Positions 40,468 through 50,102 are shown, counted from the first letter of the stretch. The stretch: DNA of 64,000 nt from an uncultured Acidobacteriota bacterium (GCA_963733935.1 CAVTEQ010000018.1:52942-116941), one strand, 5' to 3'. A program made the numbers and translations. The notes: generated by a model not told the origin, from the letters alone.

Positions 40468-41814
40468 TCATTGTTGCATTCCAAGCAGTGTGTCGCCGGT
40501 TTGTCCTTCAACCCATGCATCCAGGATGTGATTTGCAGGATGCTCCCCACGCAGCCAAAGCTTCTGATAGTTTTCGGTCAGCGTTTCGGTGCGGCCATTC
40601 TCAACGACGCTCAGCGTGATGGTAGAGACTGTTTGTCCTACAAGCGATTGCATGAACGCAGTTTTCTTTTCCGCTGCCAGCTCGCGAAGCAGGCGGTTGC
40701 GCTCGCGCTTCACTTGCGCTGCGACTTGGTCCCGCATGCCGGCAGCCGGCGTTCCTGAGCGCGCCGAATACGTGAACACGTGCAGATAGGTGAAGGGCAG
40801 GGAAGCGATGAATCGGCGGTTTTCCTCGAAGTCGGCGTCCGTCTCGCCGGGGAAGCCGACCATCACGTCCGCGCCGATGGCGGCCATGGGCATGGTAGCC
40901 CGAATCCTGCGGATGCGATCGTCGTAATGCCAAGGCCGATATTTGCGGTGCATACGTCGCAGGATGCGGTCGCTGCCGCTCTGCAGCGGCACGTGCGCGT
41001 GCCTGGCGATGCGCGGCGAGCCGGCGACCAGCGCGATCAATTCGTCCGTCCAATCCATGGGCTCGATGGAACTCAGCCGCAGGCGCTCGATGCCGGTATG
41101 CTCGAGAATCGCTCGCACCAGGTCTTCAAAGCGGGTGGGCGGTTCGAGGTCGCGTCCCCAGCGTCCCAGGTTGATGCCGGAGATGACCACCTCGCGGAAG
41201 CCGGCGGCCACCAGCGCATCCATTTCGCGCAGCACGTCGTCGCGGCGCAGGGAGCGGCTCTGCCCGCGCACGAAAGGAATGATGCAGAACGAACAGCGAT
41301 TGTCGCAGCCGTCCTGGACCTTGAGGTTGGGGCGCGTCTTGTCGTAGCCGAGGCCGTCGAACACCGGCGCGGCCAGCAGCTCGGTGTGGGCGAAGATGTC
41401 GCCGACGTAAGCAAAAGCAGGTCCTTCGCTTCGCTCAGGATGACAATTCAGGGGTTTTGCGCTTCGCTCGGGATGACAATCGAGCTGGACGATTTCGCCG
41501 ATCTGATGCTTGTGCGAGTTCCCCACCACCCAGGAGACGCCGGGCAGGCCCTCCAGTTCCTGGGGAGCGCGCTGGGCGTAGCAGCCGGTGACCAGCACGC
41601 GGCACCCGGGATTTTCGCGATGCACCCGGCGAATGGCGGCGCGGGCGTCGCGGTCCGCCTCGGCGGTGACCGTACATGTATTCAGCACAAGCACTTCGGC
41701 ATCGCCGGCGCTCGAGGCCCGGCGAAGCCCGCGGTCCAACAAGTCGCGTTCCACTTGAGCGCCGTCAGCCTGAGTGGCGCGGCAGCCGAAGTTCTGTACG
41801 AAGAAGGTAGACAA
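40468..41814 (-). CDS. mtaB: MiaB-like tRNA methylthiotransferase (MtaB type) carrying an in-frame repeat insertion
   Basis: N-terminal FGCRATQAD...LNTCTVT, radical SAM VQDGCDNRCSFCIIPFVRG and a TRAM-like C-terminus. An extra CHPERSAKPLNCHPERSEGPAF segment sits between the domains. Confidence 0.88.
   Translation of the reverse strand: MSTFFVQNFGCRATQADGAQVERDLLDRGLRRASSAGDAEVLVLNTCTVTAEADRDARAAIRRVHRENPGCRVLVTGCYAQRAPQELEGLPGVSWVVGNSHKHQIGEIVQLDCHPERSAKPLNCHPERSEGPAFAYVGDIFAHTELLAAPVFDGLGYDKTRPNLKVQDGCDNRCSFCIIPFVRGQSRSLRRDDVLREMDALVAAGFREVVISGINLGRWGRDLEPPTRFEDLVRAILEHTGIERLRLSSIEPMDWTDELIALVAGSPRIARHAHVPLQSGSDRILRRMHRKYRPWHYDDRIRRIRATMPMAAIGADVMVGFPGETDADFEENRRFIASLPFTYLHVFTYSARSGTPAAGMRDQVAAQVKRERNRLLRELAAEKKTAFMQSLVGQTVSTITLSVVENGRTETLTENYQKLWLRGEHPANHILDAWVEGQTGDTLLGMQQ
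41420..41481. repeat. Two tandem copies of a CTTCGCTC(A/G)GGATGACAAT unit inside the mtaB coding sequence
   Basis: ggtccttcgcttcgctcaggatgacaatt and gcgcttcgctcgggatgacaatc. On the coding strand they translate as CHPERSAKPLNCHPERSEGP. Confidence 0.8.
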
Positions 41815-41906
41815 GCGGGTGTATTATAGCAACCGAGGCCGAGCGCTTTTCTGGGGGCAAGCGCAAACCAGAGCTGCTGCTCGTGGGCATTTCTTCTGGA
41901 GTCCCT

Positions 41907-42359
41907 ATGAAACGGCGAATCTTGCTGGTGGACGATGAACTAGCCATTCTGCTGACCCTGCGCGCGATCCTGGAGATGAACGGCTTCGAGGTGGAGACCG
42001 CCGGCAGCGGCCGCGAAGCGATCGCCAAACTACAAAACGGCAGCCAGTACCACATGGTGATTACCGATCTGAAGATGGAGAGCGAGACCGCTGGCTACGA
42101 TGTAATTCGCACCGTGAAACGGCTGGAGAACAGCCCGGCGGTGGCCATCCTGACGGCATTCCCCACCCTGGGTAGCGGCTGGAAGGGCGAAGGCGCGGAC
42201 TCGATGCTGGTCAAGCCCATGAATACCGAAGACCTGCTGCGGCAAATCGAGGTCATGCTGATTCAGCACGCGGACGAGAAGCAGAAGCTGCAAAGGGCAG
42301 CCTTGCGCGCCGCCAACGGCAACTCAAAGCAGAAGGGCGCTGCCAAGCGGGCGAGCTGA
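41907..42359 (+). CDS. Stand-alone response-regulator receiver domain protein
   Basis: MKRRILLVDDELAILLTL...MVITDLKM...LVKP is a CheY-like receiver with no output domain. Confidence 0.85.
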   Translation: MKRRILLVDDELAILLTLRAILEMNGFEVETAGSGREAIAKLQNGSQYHMVITDLKMESETAGYDVIRTVKRLENSPAVAILTAFPTLGSGWKGEGADSMLVKPMNTEDLLRQIEVMLIQHADEKQKLQRAALRAANGNSKQKGAAKRAS

Positions 42360-42393
42360 GCAGCAGTCAGCCAAACAATTCGTACAAGGTTCG

Positions 42394-42420
42394 AAGCGCC
42401 GGAGGCCGCTTCCGGCGCTT
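42394..42420. terminator. 10-bp GC hairpin between convergent genes
   Basis: AAGCGCCGGA-ggccgct-TCCGGCGCTT, 35 nt after the stop at 42359, followed by ACTGTTT. Confidence 0.45.
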
Positions 42421-42523
42421 ACTGTTTAAGAATACAACGGCACGCCCCAAACACACTACACGGCGAGCGTTCTGATAACGCCGGTCGCCAGCACGATGCA
42501 GCCCAGTTGAGCAACTAGGGTGA

Positions 42524-42835
42524 TCAGGCGCTGACGGCGACGGTACGGCGCTGCTGGAAACACTCCCGGCAGAAAACCGGCCTTCCCTGTGTGGGCTTGA
42601 AAGGCACTGTGGTTTCCTTGCCGCACTGTGAACAGATCGTGCGGGTTTCCACCTTCTGATACCCGTTCCCGATTGGAATGCTGCCCACGGCGGAAGCGCG
42701 CTTGGTTTTGCAAACCTTGCAGCGCTTGGGCTCGTTCTTGAACTGCTTATCGTGGAAGAACAGTTGTTCCCCGGCCGTGAAGATGAAATCCGTACCACAG
42801 TCGATGCACTTCAGCACCTTATCCTGGAATTCCAT
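42524..42835 (-). CDS. Zinc-ribbon protein (zf-trcl-like, two CxxC pairs repeated)
   Basis: From ATG 42835 (GGGGGAGGGAAGG SD): MEFQDKVLKCIDCGTDFIFTAGEQLFFHDKQFKNEPKRCKVCK...CSQCGKETTVPFKPTQGRPVFCRECF. Confidence 0.8.
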   Translation of the reverse strand: MEFQDKVLKCIDCGTDFIFTAGEQLFFHDKQFKNEPKRCKVCKTKRASAVGSIPIGNGYQKVETRTICSQCGKETTVPFKPTQGRPVFCRECFQQRRTVAVSA

Positions 42836-43032
42836 GAACCTTCCCTCCCCCACCCCCGTGATCCCACTCCATCCGACAGCCGGCGGCGTGGCGCGTCCGT
42901 CGGTGCCTCCGCGGATGGAGCAGGGTACATCCCCAGCAACTGGAATCGGCCCTCCGGGACGGCAGACGCCGCCCAGGGAACTGCACATCACAGATTTACG
43001 ACTGCGGAATACTCACGGGCTGAGTAGGGACA

Positions 43033-43056
43033 GGCCGCACCCTTGCAGGTGTGGCC
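43033..43056 (-). terminator. Hairpin 12 nt after the rpsU stop
   Basis: Minus strand GGCCACACC-UGCAA-GGGUGCGGCC. No U tract. Confidence 0.35.
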
Positions 43057-43067
43057 CGCAGGCTCTT

Positions 43068-43265
43068 TTAGTCTTGTTCTTTGCGTGCTTTTTTACGGTT
43101 TCGCTTGCGTGCCAGGGCTTCCTTGGCGCGGCGTTTCTCGCCTGGTTTCAGGTAGAAGGAGTGTCGCTTGACCTCCTTGATGATGTCTTCTTGCTGAACC
43201 TTGCGTTTGAATCGACGAAGCGCGTTTTCCAGGGACTCGCCCTCTTGGACCCGTACCTCTGCCAA
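43068..43265 (-). CDS. rpsU: 30S ribosomal protein S21
   Basis: TTG start at 43265 after GGGAGGTG. (M)AEVRVQEGESLENALRRFKRKVQQEDIIKEVKRHSFYLKPGEKRR. Confidence 0.93.
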   Translation of the reverse strand: MAEVRVQEGESLENALRRFKRKVQQEDIIKEVKRHSFYLKPGEKRRAKEALARKRNRKKARKEQD

Positions 43266-43370
43266 CCCGATACACCTCCCAACCGTCCTATTTTGGACCC
43301 GTAAGTTATTGCAGCGTTGCCGTAGCAAGTCAAGAGATATTCGCAATCACAATCAGGTTAGCTTGCGGGA

Positions 43371-46300
43371 CTAGAAACTAAGTTTAAGGGCGAGTTGCAC
43401 CTGCCGTGGTGCATAGGCGCTGGTCGGCACCAGGAAATTCGAGTTGCTGGTGTAGTAGCCGGGATAGGTAGTGCCGCCTATTCTTTTGTCTCCCAACACG
43501 AACGTTCCCGCGGACCCAATGAAGCCGTCGTCGGTGATGGTGACGCGCCTATTGTCGCGATTGAATAAGTTGAAGCTCTCGAGCATGAGCTCTAGCTTCC
43601 AGCGGTCGAAAAAGAAGATACGGCGTGAAAGCCGCAAGTCGGTGGTTGCATAGTTGGGGCCGGTGTAGGCGTTGCGGGGCACTCCGGGCAGGCGGTCGTT
43701 GGAGTCATTGCCGTCCTGATTGCCATCGCCAGCGACGGTGGCGTTCACCGGCCGGCCGGAGCCCACGCTCACGATTCCGGCCAGCTTCCAGTGATTGAAC
43801 AAGCGCCGCAAGGCCTCATGCGAGCGGTCAAACGGCTCCAACTCATAGGCCCAGGATGCCACCAGCCGGTGGCGCTGGTCGGTGACGCTGCGCCCCCAGT
43901 CTGCGTTTGGATTGTAGGAGTTTTGAACGGTGCCGGGAGAGCCTGCAATGAGCGCATCTTGTATGTCGTCGAAGGCCTCGGCCCAGGTGTAAGCGAGCCG
44001 TAAATACAGGCCGGAGCTCATGCGCCGGTGCAGGGAAAGGGTCAGCCCGTGATAGATGCTGGAAGCGGCGCTCTCGAATTCGTTGATGGCGCCCAGTCCC
44101 GGTATCGGTCGCTCGAGCGGATTCACGCACGGGGGAAACGGACAGTCGAGCGTGCGCGTGAACTGCCAGGTGGCAAATGACTGGACGGGGTCGTAAGTGC
44201 CGAGGAACTGCGTGCCGGTTGGGTCGAAGACGGGGTAATTCACCGTGGTCGGCGGGGGAAGATTCACGTCGCGTACGCGGATCAGGTGCTCGCCGTGAAC
44301 GTAGAGATACGATCCGCTGATGGCCAGCTTCTTCCCTACTTCGCGCTCCACGCTCAGGCTGCTTTGGATCACGTAGGGAGTTTGGAACGTGGGCGAGAAG
44401 GCCGACACGTCGCTGGTGAGAAAACCGGTGAGATTTGCCGGCGGAGTGCAAACGAGAGCCGAGGGAGGGCAATTGACCAGCGGATTGGGATACTGCGGAA
44501 ACACCTGGCGGTCGAGGGACTGGCTGTTGTTCAGGAAGAGATCGGTTTGCCGCAGCCCATTGTCGGTTTCGATGGCGGAGTTATAGATCTGCGGAATGCG
44601 CGTATAGAAGATGCCGAAGCCGCCGCGAACGACCAGCGGGTTGACGTCGCCGAGCGACCAGGCGAAGCCGGCGCGGGGAGCGAAGTTGTGCGTGTCGAAG
44701 GGAAGCTTGCCGGTGTCCGGCCACATCGGGTTCGTGACCAGGTTGGCGGTATTAAATGTCTGCAGATCATAGCGGACGCCCAGCACCAGCGCGAAATGGC
44801 CGGTGAGGCGGATGGTGTCTTGCACGAACCCGGCATACTCGGTGGTATCGGGGTGCGAGACCGCGTTGCCAAAGTTCTGGATGTAATACTTCGGCACGTC
44901 GTGGGCATAGGCGCGCAGCGGGGTGAGCGGCAGCCCGCCTTCCTGCGGGACGAAGGTGAACGGGTTCACCTTGACGTCGTCGAAGTAGTACTCTCCGCCG
45001 AACTGTGAAGGGAAGAAGTTGTAGATCCAGGTCTTAAGCATGTCGCCGCCGAACTTCCACTGGTGGCGCCGGCCTTCGCGGCTCAGGGTCTCGGCCAGGT
45101 GCAAGCGGTGCTCGCGCGTGGTGCGCGGCAGGATGTTGGAGCGTCCGAAGCCGTCGATGAGACCGTATATTTTCACCAGCGGGTCGCTGGAGTTGGCGAT
45201 GGAATTCTGCAGGTCGCGCGAAAACTGCAGCCGCATGTGGCTGGTGAGGCGCGGGGAGAGCGCGCTGGTCAGCGCGACAACCGCGCTCTCCGTGCTTACC
45301 TCTTCTTCACCGTTGTTGTTGATTCCGAAGTTCGTCACCGGGCTGGCGGGATCGAAGAAGACGTTGTTCTGTCCGGAATAACGCGAGGTGCTCAGGCGCG
45401 CGCTCAGGTGGTTGTGCGGCGAGAGCACAAAGTCCAGCTTGCCGAAGCCGGCGTTGCCGACCAGCGCCGTCCGGAATTGGCCGCCCAACTGTGATAATTG
45501 TGCCGCCTTGGCAAACACCAGCGATTGGTCGGAGGCCTCGTAGTCCGTCGGTTGCGGGACCACCGCGGTCGCGCCGTTAGCGAACTGCACCACCGTCGGA
45601 ATATGAAAGATGTGCTGGTCGAAGCCGGCAAAGAAGTGCACGCGGTTGCGCTTGATGGGACCGCCCAGGGTGAATCCGAATTGATCCTGACGGTTGGGCG
45701 GCTTGCCCTCGACATTCGGATAGCTCGCGCCCATCCGCCCATCGCGGTAGTAATCAAACAAAGTGCCGTGCCATTGGTTGCCGCCGGAGCGCGTAACCAC
45801 GTTGATGACGGCGCTGCCCGAGCGTCCCAGTTCCGCGCCGTAAGTATTCGAGGAGACGCGAAACTCCTGAATAACGTCATTCGAGAACTGGTAGGGCGCG
45901 CGATAGCGCCCGCGTTCCTGGCTGAAGAAGGCATTGTTGTCGTCCACGCCATCGACCAGGAAGCTGGTCTGGTATCCGCGAATGCCGCCGAAGGCTAGGT
46001 CACCGTTGGTGGCAGAGGTCAGACTCCGCGGGTCCTGGGTGACGCCGGGCGTAAGCAGCGCGAGGTCGCTGAAGCGCCGCCCGTTGAGCGGCAGATCGCT
46101 GATGGCGCGCTCGTCGATCACGGCTGAGACGGCCGAGGGAATGGTCTCGACTGCGGGCGAAGCGCCGGAAACGGTCACACTCTCGCGCGATCCCTGTATC
46201 TGGAACCGCAGGGGGAATTCGACGGCGCCGCCGACTGGCACCGCTATGCCGTAGCGTTTCAGGACGGCCATGGCCGGTGCGCTGACCTCCAGTCCGTATT

Positions 46301-46526
46301 CGCCCGGCGGCAGCATCTCAAAGGCAAAGAAACCTTCCCGCGTGGTGGCGGCGTTGCGCTCGACTCCGGTTTGTTGGTTGATGAGCCGCACCTCCGCCCC
46401 GGCGACCACCGCGCCGCTCGGATCGGTGACAATTCCGCGTACCGCGCCGGTGGAAGCGTCCTGCGCCTGGAGAGCAGCGGCTAGAGACAACACGAGAAGC
46501 AGGGGAACGAGGGCGCGGCATCGCAT
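43371..46526 (-). CDS. TonB-dependent receptor with an N-terminal carboxypeptidase-regulatory-like domain
   Basis: Signal peptide MRCRALVPLLLVLSLAAALQAQ, then GAVRGIVTDPSGAVVAGAEVRL (CarboxypepD_reg), a plug region, a long beta-barrel and a terminal LKLSF. Confidence 0.88.
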   Translation of the reverse strand: MRCRALVPLLLVLSLAAALQAQDASTGAVRGIVTDPSGAVVAGAEVRLINQQTGVERNAATTREGFFAFEMLPPGEYGLEVSAPAMAVLKRYGIAVPVGGAVEFPLRFQIQGSRESVTVSGASPAVETIPSAVSAVIDERAISDLPLNGRRFSDLALLTPGVTQDPRSLTSATNGDLAFGGIRGYQTSFLVDGVDDNNAFFSQERGRYRAPYQFSNDVIQEFRVSSNTYGAELGRSGSAVINVVTRSGGNQWHGTLFDYYRDGRMGASYPNVEGKPPNRQDQFGFTLGGPIKRNRVHFFAGFDQHIFHIPTVVQFANGATAVVPQPTDYEASDQSLVFAKAAQLSQLGGQFRTALVGNAGFGKLDFVLSPHNHLSARLSTSRYSGQNNVFFDPASPVTNFGINNNGEEEVSTESAVVALTSALSPRLTSHMRLQFSRDLQNSIANSSDPLVKIYGLIDGFGRSNILPRTTREHRLHLAETLSREGRRHQWKFGGDMLKTWIYNFFPSQFGGEYYFDDVKVNPFTFVPQEGGLPLTPLRAYAHDVPKYYIQNFGNAVSHPDTTEYAGFVQDTIRLTGHFALVLGVRYDLQTFNTANLVTNPMWPDTGKLPFDTHNFAPRAGFAWSLGDVNPLVVRGGFGIFYTRIPQIYNSAIETDNGLRQTDLFLNNSQSLDRQVFPQYPNPLVNCPPSALVCTPPANLTGFLTSDVSAFSPTFQTPYVIQSSLSVEREVGKKLAISGSYLYVHGEHLIRVRDVNLPPPTTVNYPVFDPTGTQFLGTYDPVQSFATWQFTRTLDCPFPPCVNPLERPIPGLGAINEFESAASSIYHGLTLSLHRRMSSGLYLRLAYTWAEAFDDIQDALIAGSPGTVQNSYNPNADWGRSVTDQRHRLVASWAYELEPFDRSHEALRRLFNHWKLAGIVSVGSGRPVNATVAGDGNQDGNDSNDRLPGVPRNAYTGPNYATTDLRLSRRIFFFDRWKLELMLESFNLFNRDNRRVTITDDGFIGSAGTFVLGDKRIGGTTYPGYYTSNSNFLVPTSAYAPRQVQLALKLSF

Positions 46527-46605
46527 GGGCGGCTCCTTAGCCAGCAATCAAGCACTCAGCCAAAGCAGCATCGCCGGTTTTCTACGCGGTTCGTATCCGC
46601 GAGCG

Positions 46606-46724
46606 GTTCGTGTCAGGGCACGACTTCACGGGCTGCTGAAAAACTTTGTCGTGAGCCGTTACGTGTCAGGGCACGACTTCAGTCGTGCCGCCAGTGCCCA
46701 AAAAACCGTGGGGCTTTAGCCCCT
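46606..46724. repeat. Family K composite element
   Basis: gtgtcagggcacgacttca occurs twice (46610, 46663), with the hairpin ggcacgacttcagtcgtgcc and ggggctttagcccc. Confidence 0.8.
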
Positions 46725-46915
46725 GCCGCTGAGTGCTCGCTTGCGCGCCCGTGATATGCCCATGCCAAGGAAACGTCTGTGAGTGAGGAATGTTTTTCGG
46801 AAAACGGAACACGCCGTCGCTATGGCTCAGATGGCGCGAGACTTGGGGGTGAGAATTTGCCGATGATTCCCGATTCTCTTGTTCTGAAATCGGAACAAGC
46901 GCGCTACTTAGCTCT

Positions 46916-47128
46916 TCATAACCAGTCCGCGAGAATGCGAAGGTCGCGCTTCGCAGTACGAAGATAGCCTTGTTGAAGCCGCTTCCTAAGATGCGCCGAG
47001 CCAGCTCTTCCGATGTAGCGAAGGACAGCTTCGTTGATCAGCTTGCCGCGGCCTCCGCGTCCGGAGACACGGTCCATCAGGCGAACGGTCTCTTCTGGAA
47101 GCGTCACACTTATACGACGATTACCCAT
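46916..47128 (-). CDS. Ribbon-helix-helix (CopG-type) antitoxin-like protein, toxin missing
   Basis: MGNRRISVTLPEETVRLMDRVSGRGGRGKLINEAVLRYI. Its stop overlaps an ATG (ATGA) that opens only a 3-codon ORF (MKS*). Confidence 0.6.
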   Translation of the reverse strand: MGNRRISVTLPEETVRLMDRVSGRGGRGKLINEAVLRYIGRAGSAHLRKRLQQGYLRTAKRDLRILADWL

Positions 47129-47161
47129 GCTGCAATATTGTACCGACATCAGGCCCACGGT

Positions 47162-48415
47162 CTATGGCAGCGTTTGCACCACCGCGTTAGTCAGAAACGG
47201 ATCGTCGAACTCGGTGCGCTCGCCCGGCTTTTTCCCGGCCACCGGCTGGAGACGCGCTGATAGCGGCTTCTTCCACTTGAAGGCCAGCGAGGCTACATCG
47301 CCCAGAATGCGCGCGAGTTGCTCTTCCGAGACATCTCCGGGCAAGGGAATGGTATCGAGCCCGGTGCCGCATACCGCCGAATATGCCAGCAGGGAATCGA
47401 TTGTGTAGGCGCCCTGGCTCCAGCGCTCGGCCAGGCGCTCGTCTTCCAGCACCGGCACCATCAAGCCGACGTACCCGATCTGCTTGACCGGCACTGCGCG
47501 GACGGCCTGGGTGATCACCGAGGCTGCGGTGAGGGTGCCGCTCGATCCGAAGCGGGCGCCGGTCAGCTTCTCGATCGCAGCGCCGATGGAAACCTTGCCC
47601 AGCGGCGCTGGTGTGGGATCGAGGCCGGCGTATGTCCAGCCGGTCTGATCGGCCACGCGCTTTGCGATGCGTTCACAATCGACTGCGTGCCGCGCCAGCT
47701 CTTCCGCGAGGCGCCGGCCTGCTTCGGCGTAGTTGCCGGCCGTGGCGGCGAAGACCGCGTCCACGACATTGGCCGATTCCAAACCAATCGAAAACTGATG
47801 CCCCGCTCCCAGGTGATAGGACCCGGGATAAAACGGACCGTAGGGCGCGAGCATTGCCGTGGCCGTAAAGTTGAAGTTTCCCTGGCTGTGGGGAGTGTGT
47901 TCCTCGAGGTGCTTAATCACGCGAGCGGCTGCGTGCACCGCCTTCCAATGGATTCCATCTTCTCGCGCCACGATGATGCTGCCTTCGAGGTTCTTGGTGC
48001 TGGAAAGAATGCGGGCGAGCAGTTCGGCAGCGTGTGGGTCGTCGGAATCGGTGAGCATGGCGGGGCCGATGTTGGCGTCGAACGATTCCTTCAGCGACAG
48101 CTCGTCATAGGAGCGGAACCAGGCGAGGGCCGCGTCGTCCGTCATCCCCTCGATGTATTGCGGAAAAGGCTGCGTGGTGATGCGCACCGATTCCACCTCG
48201 TATCCGGCGCGCTCATACTCGGCCTTGGCCGCGCGCAGCATCTTCAGCGTGTCCGCAACCTGCTGTTGATATCGCGCCGGCTCGACTCGGATGAACGCCG
48301 TGATGGCCCGAACCTTGGGTTTCGGACTCTGCGCCAGCGCTGGGCCGGCAAACCAGCACGCCACTAGCACAAACAAAAGAGCGCACAAGCTGGGTTTGCT
48401 ACGCGGCATTACCAC
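47162..48415 (-). CDS. DUF711/UPF0210-family protein with an N-terminal signal peptide
   Basis: PKVRAITAFIRV...CGTGLDTIPLPGD pattern of DUF711, preceded by MVMPRSKPSLCALLFVLVACWFAGPALAQ. Confidence 0.78.
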   Translation of the reverse strand: MVMPRSKPSLCALLFVLVACWFAGPALAQSPKPKVRAITAFIRVEPARYQQQVADTLKMLRAAKAEYERAGYEVESVRITTQPFPQYIEGMTDDAALAWFRSYDELSLKESFDANIGPAMLTDSDDPHAAELLARILSSTKNLEGSIIVAREDGIHWKAVHAAARVIKHLEEHTPHSQGNFNFTATAMLAPYGPFYPGSYHLGAGHQFSIGLESANVVDAVFAATAGNYAEAGRRLAEELARHAVDCERIAKRVADQTGWTYAGLDPTPAPLGKVSIGAAIEKLTGARFGSSGTLTAASVITQAVRAVPVKQIGYVGLMVPVLEDERLAERWSQGAYTIDSLLAYSAVCGTGLDTIPLPGDVSEEQLARILGDVASLAFKWKKPLSARLQPVAGKKPGERTEFDDPFLTNAVVQTLP

Positions 48416-48501
48416 CTCCGATTCGTCAGCATCTCAGGAATTGAGCGGGACAAATGTGAGCGCCGACGATGGCTCAGTCGGCCTCTTTTCTTGCCCTCAG
48501 G

Positions 48502-49326
48502 TCATGCTCCTGCCCCTGGCAGGAGCGGCTCGGATCGTTGGTCTTTATCCAAGCCCGGCAGAATCAGTTCGTCGAGCGCCAGGAACTGCTGCACAATCTC
48601 CTCCTGGTCGAGCTCCATGGCGGAGTAAGGTCCGAAGAAGATGGCGCGGCCTTCGTGCAGGAACATCACCCGGTCGGCGAGCTTCTTGGCCAGGCGCATA
48701 TCGTGGGTGACGACGATGCTGGTCAGCTTCAACTGATGCTTGAGCTTTTTGATCAGATCTCCAAGCAAATGCGCCATCAAGGGGTCGACCTGTGTGGTGG
48801 GCTCGTCGTAGAGAATGCACTCCGGCTGGGCCGCCAGGGCGCGCGCGATGGCAACCGAGCGCTTCATCCCGGTGGAAAGCTCGGAGGGAAACAGCTCGCG
48901 CATGGCACGCACCCCGACCATATCCAGCAGGCCGTCCACCACCTGATAAATCTGCACTTCGTCCAGGTCGCGGCGCTCGCGCAGCGGGAAGGCGACGTTC
49001 TCGCCCACGCTGAGCGAATCGAAGAGCGCCCCATTCTGAAAGACCATGGTGACTTTCTTGCGGATTCGTTCCAGCTCGCTCTCGGAGTAATCGGTGATGT
49101 CCTCGTAGGCGACGATGACCCGGCCCGAGTCCGGCTTGAGGAAACCCATGATGCTGTGCAGCGAGACCGATTTGCCGACGCCGCTGCGCCCGAGGATGCA
49201 CACGGTCTCCCCCGGCAACACGTCGAAGGTGACATGGTCGAGCACGCGGCGCTCGCCGAATGCCTTGGAGACGTCCCTGAATTCGATGTACGCCTTAGAG
49301 GGCTCGCCGAGAGGTGGGTTGGTCAT
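48502..49326 (-). CDS. ABC transporter ATP-binding protein (MlaF-like)
   Basis: Walker A GRSGVGKS, signature LSTGMKRSVAIARAL, Walker B ILYDEPT. Confidence 0.9.
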   Translation of the reverse strand: MTNPPLGEPSKAYIEFRDVSKAFGERRVLDHVTFDVLPGETVCILGRSGVGKSVSLHSIMGFLKPDSGRVIVAYEDITDYSESELERIRKKVTMVFQNGALFDSLSVGENVAFPLRERRDLDEVQIYQVVDGLLDMVGVRAMRELFPSELSTGMKRSVAIARALAAQPECILYDEPTTQVDPLMAHLLGDLIKKLKHQLKLTSIVVTHDMRLAKKLADRVMFLHEGRAIFFGPYSAMELDQEEIVQQFLALDELILPGLDKDQRSEPLLPGAGA

Positions 49327-49910
49327 GGTTTTTCTGGGATCACGCGCCGAAGATCTTCCGGACTATTGAGATTTTCAAACATCGCGGCGTGGAAGGCAAA
49401 CCGGTTCAGCTCGGATTCTTCCAGGACGCGCAGAGTGGTAGTTGGGAACAGGGCGTCGATCTTGTTGTTGCCGGATTCCAGCGCGGCCTGCGCCACGGGG
49501 GCGAAAGCACGGCGGTACACGGCGCACAGAGGTTGGTATCCGCCGGCGATGCGCGGAACCGTAACCGTGGCCGCGCACGAGCCGGCTTGCTCAATCAGGA
49601 ACCGCAGCAGAGCCTCCGTCACCAGCGGCAGATCGACCGCCAGGATGAGGTTCAACTCCGTCGTGGAAGCGGTCAAGGCGGCGTGGATGCCGGCCAGCGG
49701 CCCGCGACCAGGATAAACGTCCTCGATGACGGGTCCATACGCCGCGAACTTCTCCCCCGGGCCCACGATGCGTACCTCGGTGGTGAGAGCCCGCAGCAGA
49801 TCCAAAGACCGGGCCAGCAGGGTGCGGCCGCGGAACTCGAGGAAAGCCTTATCGGTCCCCATGCGGCGGCTGCGCCCGCCCGCCAGAACGAAGCCGCTCC
49901 AGTCCGCCAT
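49323..49910 (-). CDS. mobA: Molybdenum cofactor guanylyltransferase
   Basis: From ATG 49910: MADWSGFVLAGGRSRRMGTDKAFLEFRGRTLL. The stop overlaps the next gene's start. Confidence 0.85.
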   Translation of the reverse strand: MADWSGFVLAGGRSRRMGTDKAFLEFRGRTLLARSLDLLRALTTEVRIVGPGEKFAAYGPVIEDVYPGRGPLAGIHAALTASTTELNLILAVDLPLVTEALLRFLIEQAGSCAATVTVPRIAGGYQPLCAVYRRAFAPVAQAALESGNNKIDALFPTTTLRVLEESELNRFAFHAAMFENLNSPEDLRRVIPEKP

Positions 49911-50102
49911 GGGGAGAGTGTAACAACAGAACCAGCAAATAGTTACGAAGGTGCAAGCACCCGAGCCACAGCAACTAAGTAGAAGCACCGGGGTTTAATA
50001 GTCTTAGGCCCGAGGGGCTGAGAATTTTCGTGGGAAGCAGTCGCCAAGGGCAGCCAAGCATCTAAACTATTGTCATCCAGGATTCAAACTGAAGGAGCGG
50101 TT

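Noticed and set aside
46730-46915. A long stop-free minus-strand frame downstream of the RHH gene (..VPISEQENRESSANSHPQVSRHLSHSDGVFRFPKN..) as a possible toxin gene.
   Set aside because: It has no start codon, no resemblance I can recognise to MazF, PIN, ParE or RelE, and it runs into a repeat element.
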